Source: Planctomycetales bacterium (GTDB taxonomy: Bacteria; 4484-113). From it: DNA of 42,232 nt. Numbering within the stretch: position 1 is the first letter of the stretch; every line of letters begins with the position of its first letter. The notes below the pieces were generated by a model. The model searched no databases and was not told the origin of the DNA. It saw only the letters and a list, made by a program, of their open reading frames with translations. The position numbers were made by a program, and so were the translations under genes. This document shows, piece after piece, positions 26,579 through 35,982 of the stretch. The DNA is taken from positions 1 to 42,232 of the forward strand of contig JBBIRS010000011.1 of assembly GCA_037441675.1 (NCBI GenBank). Reading direction: 5' to 3'.

Positions 26579-29245
26579 TCAGTTTTGCGCTTCCCATTCT
26601 CTAACGGTTTGAGCCCAGGCTTCAAGCTTAGAGAAATCATCCCTCCAAGTTGTGTACATAACCGCATATACGCCAGGGTATGGCTTCGCCTCGGTTAACC
26701 ATTCGTCAATGGTGAAATTACTCGTGTTTTCATCGGAGAATCCGACGAGAATTTGCTTATGTCCGCGGTTTGCGAAGAACTCGATCGTCTCGGAGCGATT
26801 TCCAAAGTGGCGCCAGTTCGCAATATCCCAGCTCGCCGGCAATCCATTCCAGCTCCCTGCAAGGGTTCCATTCACCAAATAGTATTTATCACGAGCGTTA
26901 TGATACGGGTCATACATATCGGACCACGTTATAACCTTCCAGTTTGGATTAACCTCGTGCGCTATTTGTTCAATCCTCTGAGTGGTATCCGCGAGAAGTT
27001 CACCGGGCGTCATCCCTCTACTTTGGCAAGCCTGACACCAGTTTACCACCCTCAATTCATCTATAGCTATATTTACTTCGTTTGGACGAATAAGTTCGTT
27101 TATCTCGGTAAGAGTTGTGCGTATTATGTCGTAGGTTTCTGGCTCCGAAAGACAAACCGCCGGTTGCATATCACTTACGAAGACACAATGATAGTAGCTG
27201 ACGAAAAGTTTATCTCCATCCTGTATAGGTGAGCCCGGCGTGATTGTTATAACTGGCCTTTCATGGTAAAGGTCATAAGTGCCAGGATAACTGGCCATAC
27301 CCATCTTCGGGTCGCTAACGTATTCAAAATCTGCGCCTTCCGTATAAGTTATTGAGCCATCAAAGTTCTTTACAGTCAACGGTGCGCCAGGCCTGCGGAT
27401 GAGGTTAATAAGCCCGGCGTTTTCTATAGTTACATCGTCTATCCAAAAGCGTCCACTTACTCCACCCCATATCCCAAGATATAGATAAACAGAAGTTTTA
27501 TCCTGGCTGTTGAAGATGAGATAGTATTGTGTCCAGTCCTGAGTGGGTTGGATCTTATAGGTTAGAAATGTTAATTGTTTGAATTCCGCGTCTGCGCTGA
27601 AAACAGTAAATCCCAAACTACCCACCGGTGACAAGTTTTCAGTCTTTAACCAAAATGACACCGCATAGCATTGCCAAGGCTTAACAGAGATAGTTTGTCT
27701 GATGCGGTCGTTACCGGTTGGATTGCCAGCTGAGAAGTTTTCAAAGCGAATACTAGTACCACCGCTGTGGAAGACGCTCGTATCCGCAAAGGTAGAAACG
27801 CCTGCCTGGTCCATCTGATACCATCCGGTAAAACTGTCACCACTGTGACTCTCAAAGTCACCGTTGATGATTACCGTTGATGGATCCTGTACCACGTCTG
27901 CGACGCGGTCATTCACTAGAAACTCAGCATCCACCACCGGTTGCCCTTCAATGAGATTTGGATTATGCATCAAAAATGCGTCGGAATATCCAATAGGCAC
28001 TAGGGAAGGAATGACCTCAATGCCAACAGCTCGCGCACCATCTAAAAATCTTTGCACCTTTTGGTCATAATCGTTCCCGTAAAGGTCAATAACTCCAAAC
28101 TTAAAGTCCGCTACCATCGCCTTTGTGTATCCAGCTTGACTCGCTCTTTCAGCTATCTCTATTGCCAAATCTACGTTCGCAGCAACGTAAAGATTCTTCA
28201 TTATCAGATACCATAGTTCCAATTGATCAGGTTGGGACTGGGCAACAACCTCAAGAGTAAAGGGAAAAGTAGTACTTCCATAACTATTACTGACGAAGAG
28301 ACTGCAGTCATAGCTTCCACTGCTACCCAGGGTAACTTGGGGATTATAATTACTTGACACATTGGGAGTTGCGCCACCGCCAAAGTTCCAAAGTAAATTA
28401 AACGGGGGTGTTCCAGAAATTGTAGGATAAAAGAAAACCTGCTCACCTTCTATGCCCGTGGTTGGAGTAACAGATTGCACAATCGGCGGTGATGGATTTA
28501 TAGAAACTTCGTTTGAATACTCTCCCTTACTATTTCTGCTATCTATGGGAACCACGCGGAATCTTCTCTTATCTCCCACCTGCAACTCAACAGTGAAGCG
28601 TCTTCTGCCCATTGTGCCATCAGAAGCATCGGCTAAAGAGATAAACGCTATTTCCGAGAAGGTGCCACTATTTGGCGCCCCTTCCACGTTATAACCAATG
28701 CACTCGCTAAAGAAATTCTTTGCCAGAGGCGAAACATCCCCAATGTTTATCGCCCTATCGTTATTACCATCTATCCATTCGTTTGCGGAGGTAACAATCT
28801 GGCGAAAACTCCTCGCAAGAGGCAAAACATCTCCAATGTTTACTACGCCATCTTGGTTATAATCTCCAACGTTTCTATAATGCCAGCTCAGAGTTAATGT
28901 AAGACCCTCAAGTGAAACCACGCTCAAGTCTTCAACCAAATTCTCCCTACCCATAGGCACACGATTGGCAAATCTGCCAGACGATTCTCTTAAAGCTTTT
29001 ACAAGCTCCTCTTTCAAGAGATTAAATACCCTACGGTCAATGTTCTCGGGCATTTTGTAGGACTGTAATTCTTCTATAACTTCCGATGAGTTAATTGAAT
29101 TTTTCACAAATTTATGTTCCGAATAAATGACTCTACTTGAAAGCTTACCCCCGCAGGTGGAAATCGCAATAGACAATAACAAAGACTCTAGCAGAAGCCT
29201 AGCCATAGACTCATGAGGAATGGCTAATTTGCGCCTCCCTGTCAT
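26579..29245 (-). CDS. Modular surface lipoprotein: dockerin-like pair + PKD + TIM-barrel glycoside hydrolase-like domain with inserted CBM
   Basis: Lipobox-like ISTC; GDYNQDGVVNIGD and DGNNDRAINIGD; WNFGGGATPN; INGDFE...W...WIDDV (CBM4/9-like); AIDELR...WSDM (GH20-like DE pair). Confidence 0.7.
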   Translation of the reverse strand: MTGRRKLAIPHESMARLLLESLLLSIAISTCGGKLSSRVIYSEHKFVKNSINSSEVIEELQSYKMPENIDRRVFNLLKEELVKALRESSGRFANRVPMGRENLVEDLSVVSLEGLTLTLSWHYRNVGDYNQDGVVNIGDVLPLARSFRQIVTSANEWIDGNNDRAINIGDVSPLAKNFFSECIGYNVEGAPNSGTFSEIAFISLADASDGTMGRRRFTVELQVGDKRRFRVVPIDSRNSKGEYSNEVSINPSPPIVQSVTPTTGIEGEQVFFYPTISGTPPFNLLWNFGGGATPNVSSNYNPQVTLGSSGSYDCSLFVSNSYGSTTFPFTLEVVAQSQPDQLELWYLIMKNLYVAANVDLAIEIAERASQAGYTKAMVADFKFGVIDLYGNDYDQKVQRFLDGARAVGIEVIPSLVPIGYSDAFLMHNPNLIEGQPVVDAEFLVNDRVADVVQDPSTVIINGDFESHSGDSFTGWYQMDQAGVSTFADTSVFHSGGTSIRFENFSAGNPTGNDRIRQTISVKPWQCYAVSFWLKTENLSPVGSLGFTVFSADAEFKQLTFLTYKIQPTQDWTQYYLIFNSQDKTSVYLYLGIWGGVSGRFWIDDVTIENAGLINLIRRPGAPLTVKNFDGSITYTEGADFEYVSDPKMGMASYPGTYDLYHERPVITITPGSPIQDGDKLFVSYYHCVFVSDMQPAVCLSEPETYDIIRTTLTEINELIRPNEVNIAIDELRVVNWCQACQSRGMTPGELLADTTQRIEQIAHEVNPNWKVITWSDMYDPYHNARDKYYLVNGTLAGSWNGLPASWDIANWRHFGNRSETIEFFANRGHKQILVGFSDENTSNFTIDEWLTEAKPYPGVYAVMYTTWRDDFSKLEAWAQTVREWEAQN

Positions 29246-29424
29246 CGCGTCCTTATCAAGATAACAGTTTTAACACCATCTCAAAACAATTATAGCCACT
29301 AGTTGCTTAAATAATGATCCCAAGTTGATAACGACACTCTGTAAGGCGCGAACTAGTATGGCGCTCTCCTCAAAGAATCGGAAATAGCGAGGGACAAGAC
29401 CCAGCCGAGCCAACGCGGGCAAGC

Positions 29425-30111
29425 CTACACATTTCTCATCGCTCTCGGGCATCTTTTCCAAGTTGCAAGATAAATGAATGGAGTATCTAGTATGGCTACC
29501 AAGGCTTTTATTAGCCATGTTGTGAGGTAGATCTGTAACAAAACAGGAAACGTAAATACTCCCCAAAAGGCAATTGTGCAAAATATCAGTGTGTCCCAGA
29601 GTTGAGAGAGAATCGTGGCAATGTTATTTCTTAGCCATAAATGCCTTCCCTTAAAAGCGTCCTTCAGCAAATGAAAAAGCCAAATATCATGAAACTGGGC
29701 CACAAAGTAAGCAATGAAGCTTGCAGTGATTATACGTGGCGCGAAAGTGAATAAAGGCGCGAGGTGGGGTTGAGCCCAATCTTCTGGTCCAGGAGTGTAA
29801 ATTACAGCATATCTCATGGTCACGGCAAAGGTTACTAGCGCAATAAATCCATAAATTACAGCTCTTTGCGATTCCCTTTTCCCGCTAGTTTCAGAAATGA
29901 AGTCCGTGGTCCAGAAGGTCATTCCATAAGGGATATTCCCAAGTGTTGCCTGCAAGCCAAAGAGAGTAACCTGCTTCATAACCTCCACGTTGCAGACGAT
30001 AATGCTTACAAGGAATAGAACAAGCGCGCCTTCCCGTCTGAAAAGCCTGCAGACGATTACCCCCACTGTGAAGTAAGCTATCAGAAAAACAAAAAAAAGT
30101 AACTCGTTCAT
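29425..30111 (-). CDS. yhhQ: Queuosine precursor transporter (YhhQ/QPTR, Vut_1)
   Basis: CNVEVMK, TDFISE, PRIITASFIAYFVAQFHD, LWLRNN..T..SQLWDT and DTPF. Confidence 0.92.
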   Translation of the reverse strand: MNELLFFVFLIAYFTVGVIVCRLFRREGALVLFLVSIIVCNVEVMKQVTLFGLQATLGNIPYGMTFWTTDFISETSGKRESQRAVIYGFIALVTFAVTMRYAVIYTPGPEDWAQPHLAPLFTFAPRIITASFIAYFVAQFHDIWLFHLLKDAFKGRHLWLRNNIATILSQLWDTLIFCTIAFWGVFTFPVLLQIYLTTWLIKALVAILDTPFIYLATWKRCPRAMRNV

Positions 30112-30153
30112 ATTGCAAACTTGCTAGAATTTGCGCAAGGGGAATTATAGCTT

Positions 30154-31320
30154 ATGAATGAAAGAAATAACGACTCTGAACGTCTCAAAAGACGTTGGTA
30201 TCATAGTGGCGAGAGGCAGGACTTGCGTCACGAAGCGGTTGCGGTTATTCGCGCAATTCAACATGGCGAAAAGGATTGGGAAAGCTACCTGAAGGATTTG
30301 CCATACGTGAATGAAGTAGAAAATGGTCGAGACCTACGCGGACTTGATATTAGCGGAATGAAAGGCATTCAAGGGTTGCGTTACGCCCGCGATGGCTTTA
30401 TAGATTTGAACGGCGCCGACTTACACAAAGCTGACCTGTCTCACACTAATCTTTATCGGATTCATCTTGAAGATGCCAATCTTTACTCAGCAAACCTTTC
30501 CTACGCTAACCTGAAAAACACCCACCTATCAGGTAGCATTCTGGAATACGTTAATGTAAGGGGCGCAAATATTGACAAGGTTGACCTTAGGGACTTCAAC
30601 TTAACTTCACTAAACGGCTTATCTGAAGCTTACCTTTCGGATATTCGCCTTGGTGACACCCTGATTTCCAAAGAACAATTTAAGCATAATGGCAACAAAT
30701 ATTTTATAAAGAACGAAGATATAGCCTGTAAATGCATACTTTCCCATAACTTGAAAGATGAGATTGACGATGCTATTCGGCATTTTGAAACAGCTCGTGG
30801 TGTTTATCTTGCGCTTAAGAATAACTTCATAAGCATTGGCGAGCATAAGAGCGCAAGCTGGTCTGCCTATAAAGAAAAGCAGATGGAGAAGCATCTCCTT
30901 GCGTTAAAGCTTCAAAAGGGAGACTACAAGGGTCTCTTTGCGCTCCAAAAAAGGATGGAGCTTATTGGCTATAACGTCTTTGATATGTTATGCCAGTACG
31001 GAGAGAATCCATTTAGATTGGCTTGGTGGGGAATTGTAGTTGTTGTCATTTGGGCATTACTTTATCCTATCTTCGGAATAGAAAACAGTCCCAGTGGAAC
31101 TGTAATCTCATACTCGCTCGCGGAAAATTCTAACGAGATATTTCACGCTTTTCTCAAAGCCTTATATCTTTCCACGGTTACATTCACAACAGTGGGTTAT
31201 GGTGACTTAGTGCCATCAGGCGGACTCTCTCATTACTTAGCTGGCATTGAAGGTTTCTTTGGATTACTATTTCTTGGTCTTTTTGTATGGACACTCGGTA
31301 GGTCAATTTCCGCGCGATAA
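30154..31320 (+). CDS. Pentapeptide-repeat protein fused to a 2-TM K+ channel domain
   Basis: ADLHK/ADLSH/ANLYS/ANLSY repeats, YGENP, and selectivity filter TFTTVGYGD between TM helices. Confidence 0.9.
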   Translation: MNERNNDSERLKRRWYHSGERQDLRHEAVAVIRAIQHGEKDWESYLKDLPYVNEVENGRDLRGLDISGMKGIQGLRYARDGFIDLNGADLHKADLSHTNLYRIHLEDANLYSANLSYANLKNTHLSGSILEYVNVRGANIDKVDLRDFNLTSLNGLSEAYLSDIRLGDTLISKEQFKHNGNKYFIKNEDIACKCILSHNLKDEIDDAIRHFETARGVYLALKNNFISIGEHKSASWSAYKEKQMEKHLLALKLQKGDYKGLFALQKRMELIGYNVFDMLCQYGENPFRLAWWGIVVVVIWALLYPIFGIENSPSGTVISYSLAENSNEIFHAFLKALYLSTVTFTTVGYGDLVPSGGLSHYLAGIEGFFGLLFLGLFVWTLGRSISAR

Positions 31321-31373
31321 CGCAAACAATAAATCTAGTTAGCAGGATTACCAATAGAAGCAATGTCTAACCA

Positions 31374-32753
31374 TTATGCTAGCACATTGACCGCAGGTCT
31401 TGGGAAAATCTGTCTCAACCATATTGGCGTTACGAGCGTCGTAACTAAAACAATCAGGATCATTGTTGAGAAAACCTCTTGCTGAATTATTCCAGAGGAG
31501 TAACCTACACTAGCTACAATTAAACCGACTTCACCTCGGCTAATCATCCCAACCCCAACACGATAGCTCTCAAGCAATGAAAATCCAGTGAACTTTGCAC
31601 CTATCAGGCATCCCACAACCTTCGTAAAAATTGCGATAAGAAGGATAAGAATAGCAAACGTCAAAGTTAGCCATTCAAGCCTGGTCATACTTAAAATGTG
31701 AATTAATGGTGCGAATATTTCTCTAACATTTGCTTCCATACCAATACTAACAAAGAATATACTAACAAAGATACCATAAGTTACTGTTATAGTCTTTTCG
31801 GTAATGTCATGCCTAAAGGGAGTCTGCGCGAGCATTACCCCGCAAAGGTAGCTTCCTGTTATCGCAGCCAATGAGCCGACATATTCCGCCATCCATGCAA
31901 AGAAAATGGCAAAGAAGAAGGCGGAGGCGGTCAAAGCCTCTTGCACTGGTTGGGAAGACATATTTCTAAAAACAGGGATTAAGATGAAATGATAAGTTAG
32001 ATAAGAAATTCCAACGAAGGCAAAAATGAGCAAGAATAGAAGCGCCATTCTGATAATTCCAAGATATGGCTCAAAGACAGAAGCTTTCTGAAAAAAGTTC
32101 ATAAGTAAGTCAAGCAAATTATGGCCACCCTCTGATACTCCCTTTGAAGCAGGCTTGAAAGCAATCACGAGAGAAAGAATAATTAATCCAAGAACATCGT
32201 CCACCACCGCAGCCCCAATAATTGCAGTTCCCTCTCTGGAGCGAAGTTGCTTAAGCTCCATTAGTGTCTGTGCGGAAATGGAAACAGAAGTCGCGGTAAG
32301 TATCGCTCCAATAAAGATAGCCCCATAAGAGGTCAACGGTAAACCTAATCTAAAAAACCAATACGCAACTAGAGCGCCAAAAAGGAATGGTCCAACTACA
32401 CCACCAACTGCCGCCCAGATTGCGGTTGAACCCACTCTTCTCATTTGTTTAAGGTCTGTTTCAAGTCCTGCAAGGAACATAAGAAGAATAACTCCCACCT
32501 CCGCAATCATTTTTATTGGGAAGAAAACGGGCGGTAATTGTGCAAGGTGTGGAGCTATTCCATGCGTGATACTGTTGTCTCCTGAGAATATTCCCCAGGA
32601 GAGAATGTTTAAGAAAGTGGGACCAAGTAACAGACCTACAAGGATTTGACCAAATACGGCGGGCTGGCCAATCCTAATCGCAATTGCACCCGCGTACTTT
32701 GATACCACTACAATAATAGCTAGTAGAAGTAAAAACTGGAGTAAAGGCGACAT
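31374..32753 (-). CDS. CPA2-family cation:proton antiporter (NapA-like)
   Basis: GQPAVFGQIL, MFLAGLETD, TATSVSI, AAVVDDVLGL, FFVSIG and GMISRGEV. Confidence 0.93.
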   Translation of the reverse strand: MSPLLQFLLLLAIIVVVSKYAGAIAIRIGQPAVFGQILVGLLLGPTFLNILSWGIFSGDNSITHGIAPHLAQLPPVFFPIKMIAEVGVILLMFLAGLETDLKQMRRVGSTAIWAAVGGVVGPFLFGALVAYWFFRLGLPLTSYGAIFIGAILTATSVSISAQTLMELKQLRSREGTAIIGAAVVDDVLGLIILSLVIAFKPASKGVSEGGHNLLDLLMNFFQKASVFEPYLGIIRMALLFLLIFAFVGISYLTYHFILIPVFRNMSSQPVQEALTASAFFFAIFFAWMAEYVGSLAAITGSYLCGVMLAQTPFRHDITEKTITVTYGIFVSIFFVSIGMEANVREIFAPLIHILSMTRLEWLTLTFAILILLIAIFTKVVGCLIGAKFTGFSLLESYRVGVGMISRGEVGLIVASVGYSSGIIQQEVFSTMILIVLVTTLVTPIWLRQIFPRPAVNVLA

Positions 32754-32969
32754 CTTGGAAAACTAAGATTATACCTTATGGATGATGAGCATATTTTATT
32801 GGGTTAAATGAAAATTATGAGCATTCATCCCACTCCAGCGCTTTTGGCAGTGCTTAGCAATTCAAAGAATGACAAACAATACTACTACCGGTTGCACCAT
32901 TCTAACAGAGTCTTCTATGCTTCGCACATCTTTCCGCATACGCTAAAATAAGATAGGGATTAAGATACT

Positions 32970-33719
32970 ATGAGTGGACATAATAAGTGGGCAAACATTA
33001 GGATAAGAAAGACCGCTCAGGACGCAAAGCGGGGAAAGCTGTTCTCAAAGCTCATAAGGGAAATAACGGTGGCATCTCGGGAAGGAGGTCCTGACCCAGA
33101 AAAAAACCCAGCTCTGAAAGTAGCAATGGCGCGCGCCAGAGATGCAAATATGCCTAAGGAGACCATAGAAAAAGCGATAGCTCGTGCCAGCGGTGGCACG
33201 GATAGTTACAAACTTGAGCGAGTAATCTACGAAGGTTATGGTCCTATGGGTGTAGCTGTGCTAGTTGATGTCCTTACGGATAATAGAAATAGAACCGTCG
33301 CTGAACTACGAAACATCTTTAATAAGCATAGCGGTAGCCTGGGTGAATCGGGATGCGTTTCCTGGATGTTCAAACGGATTGGACAGATTGTAGTAGAAAA
33401 GAGTCTCTCTGAGGATGAAATAATTGAGCTTGCAGTGGAAAGTGGCGCTGATGACGTTAAGGTAGAAGGAGACGGTTATTACATCTACTCCAACCCTTCA
33501 GTGCTTTCACAAGTAAGAGAAAACCTAGAAAAAAGTGGTGTCACCGTAATTTCTTCAATCGTGACTATGATCCCTAATACCACAGTTCAAATTACCGATG
33601 AGAAAGAGGCTAGCAAATTGCTTCGGCTTCTGGAGGCTTTAGATGAGGCTGATGAAGTGCAATCGGTTTACGCGAACTGGGAAATGAGCGACGCACTTTT
33701 GGAAAAGGTCACAGCTTAA
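32970..33719 (+). CDS. yebC: YebC/PmpR (TACO1) family protein
   Basis: MSGHNKWANI, YEGYGP and TDNRNRT. Confidence 0.97.
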   Translation: MSGHNKWANIRIRKTAQDAKRGKLFSKLIREITVASREGGPDPEKNPALKVAMARARDANMPKETIEKAIARASGGTDSYKLERVIYEGYGPMGVAVLVDVLTDNRNRTVAELRNIFNKHSGSLGESGCVSWMFKRIGQIVVEKSLSEDEIIELAVESGADDVKVEGDGYYIYSNPSVLSQVRENLEKSGVTVISSIVTMIPNTTVQITDEKEASKLLRLLEALDEADEVQSVYANWEMSDALLEKVTA

Positions 33720-34225
33720 TGAATGAGCAGGAAATTTTGAAAATTCTGGGCATTGACCCAGGCTATGAAAGAATTGGATACGCCCTGCTTGAAGTTTCTA
33801 GAGTTAGCTCTCCAAAAGTGATAGCAAGTGGAACAATTAAGACAGATAGTAAAGATAGCTTCGCTAATCGCCTCAGGGTAATCTACACTGAGGTTCGTAA
33901 GTTAATAAGAAAGCTGAAGCCGAACGGAATAGCTATTGAGCAGGTCTTCCAGGGAAAGAACGTCAAGACAGCGGTACTAGTAGCGCATGCACGTGGAGTT
34001 ATTATCCTAGCTGGGCAAGCATTGAAGGTGCCTATCAGCGAGTATCCTCCAAGGGTAGTGAAGTTTGAGCTTCATGGAAGCGGAAACGCCAAGAAGGAAC
34101 AGATAAGGTATATGGTGACTCAGCTCGTTGAACTTCCAAAAGATAGAATGATACTGGATGACGAGTATGACGCCATCGCAATTGCCCTTGTGCATGCGAA
34201 AATTGTCGGCATGAGCCTAGGATAG
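33719..34225 (+). CDS. ruvC: Holliday junction resolvase RuvC
   Basis: ILGIDPG, IEQVF, HARGV, GSGNAKKEQI and DDEYDAIAIA; TAATG overlap with yebC. Confidence 0.96.
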   Translation: MNEQEILKILGIDPGYERIGYALLEVSRVSSPKVIASGTIKTDSKDSFANRLRVIYTEVRKLIRKLKPNGIAIEQVFQGKNVKTAVLVAHARGVIILAGQALKVPISEYPPRVVKFELHGSGNAKKEQIRYMVTQLVELPKDRMILDDEYDAIAIALVHAKIVGMSLG

Positions 34226-34525
34226 ATCGATATTTCCCGCCTCTTCGCGCCTGCGATAATCGTCTGGTATCTTTCACTCATGTTTAGTAAAAGCTCGGAG
34301 AGCCGAGTCGTCAGAAATTATGTCACGCTAATTAGGAGTTTTGTTTAGTTATTAAAAGCTCTGGATAAAATTTTAGTGGATGCTCTTTGGTATGGAGGCG
34401 TAAGTTTTAGCTTTACCCTAGGATTAGGTAAAAATGAAAGGTAGTATCAAAAGGGAGAAGCTCTCTCTCTGAGAGAGGTTAAGGCTTTTGAGAGAAATGC
34501 GAGAGCATTTTCCCACTAGCGTTTC

Positions 34526-35293
34526 TTGTCACTACGATGCTTAATTATCTTTTCTTCTTCTCCTAAGAAGTATGAAAAAAGAAGAATAGTTAATACTAGG
34601 CGCGCCGATATGGCTTATCATCGCGGCGTTGTTGACTATTATAATGCAATAAAAGATTGGTTAGGAGGTGAATACTATGGTAAGGATGATTACCAAGATT
34701 ATGAGCTGATCTTCTTGCATAGTCACCTTGGGCGCAGTCTTTGTGGTTTTTTCCCCTACGGGAAGTCACAATTCCCCTCAATTCCCGGGGACCAAGTAGA
34801 AATCATTCATTTTTACGAGAAATGGTATTATTACCCATAAATTGATGACATAGAGACTCAGAGAACGGTTAAGGCTGGTGATGAAATACAAGTCAGGATA
34901 AAGGCGTATTTCCCCGATGCAGTGCCGGATGAGTTGAGGTGGGTCGGTTTTCCGCCATCAAAGTTAAACTACGAACAGAATAAGGTTCTTTCCTTTGAGC
35001 CTGGACTGCCGTATGACGATTGGCAGTTTCTCTATCCTGAATGGGGCGAAATTGTGCTTTCCTTTTTGCCTGTAACAGAACTATATCCACCCGATACTCC
35101 AAAGGTTGAGGAGTTGACTATCCTTGCAGTTTGTTCCCGAGAGGATGCGGGGCTGATAATGACAATTACTAGGACTGGTGGCATCTCTGCAACAAAAGAG
35201 GAGATAGCACGCTGTGAGCGATATAAGCTTGGTGATGGAAAGATCAAATGGGCGGTCATTGAAGTCGAAATAGTTCCAAATGAAGATGAGTAA
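34526..35293 (+). pseudogene. Unknown gene split by a single in-frame TAA, with an eroded 5' end
   Basis: ORFs 34526-34840 and 34922-35293 are in the same frame and joined by open sequence: YYYP*IDDIETQRTVKAGDEIQVRIKAYFPDAVPDE. Confidence 0.6.
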
Positions 35294-35359
35294 TCAGACT
35301 TTGCGTTATTCAGGAGAAAAGCAGGCGCAAGGATTTTTACAATAAGCTAAAATACTAAC

Positions 35360-35959
35360 GTGCTTTCATTTCTTGAGGGACGAATTATTGAGGCGAACTC
35401 AGATGGTCAGGTAACAGTAAACGCGGGCTATTTTGGGCTGACAATTGAGATGACTCGAGCTCAGGCTAGTTCGCTGGAGATTGGTGAAGAGATTAAGCTT
35501 TTCACCTTCCTCCATATATCTCCTCAGGAGTTCAAACTCACTCTTTACGGTTTCCTTCAAGCTGAAGACAGGGAAATATTTTCCACCCTTCTAAAGTGTC
35601 CTGGTGTAGGACCCAAAGTGGCTCTATCGCTACTTGAGATGGGTTCATCAAGGCTTGTCAACGCCATAGAGAATGAAGAGCTATCGGCATTAACTGGTGT
35701 GCCAGGTATTGGTGCGAAAACTGCCCAGCGCATAGTGCTAGAGCTTAAGGGTAAGTTTCTAAAACTAAAGGATAGATTGCCAACAGAAGCTTTAGAACCC
35801 GCTTCCCGCACTGAGGTTATGATTGCGCTTAAGAATCTGGGCTTCAGAGAAAGCGAAATAAATTCCGCTTTAGCATCGCTAAAGGAATTAGGAACTTCTA
35901 CGGAAAAAATGGATGTCGGCGAGCTTTTGCGGTTAACTTTAGAGCAATTGCGAAAGTAA
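35360..35959 (+). CDS. ruvA: Holliday junction branch migration protein RuvA
   Basis: MLSFLEG, LYGF, PGVGPKVAL, VPGIGAKTAQRIVLELK and ALKNLGF. Confidence 0.96.
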   Translation: MLSFLEGRIIEANSDGQVTVNAGYFGLTIEMTRAQASSLEIGEEIKLFTFLHISPQEFKLTLYGFLQAEDREIFSTLLKCPGVGPKVALSLLEMGSSRLVNAIENEELSALTGVPGIGAKTAQRIVLELKGKFLKLKDRLPTEALEPASRTEVMIALKNLGFRESEINSALASLKELGTSTEKMDVGELLRLTLEQLRK

Positions 35960-35982
35960 ATACCTTCCTTATCCCTTTATCC

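Noticed and set aside
30100..30140. PreQ1-I riboswitch upstream of yhhQ (GCAAA-UUCUAGCAAG-UUUGC)
   Set aside because: The loop resembles UUCUAGC, but the closing G-C pair, the ligand-pairing C and the A-rich tail with pseudoknot complement are missing. An Infernal search would settle it.
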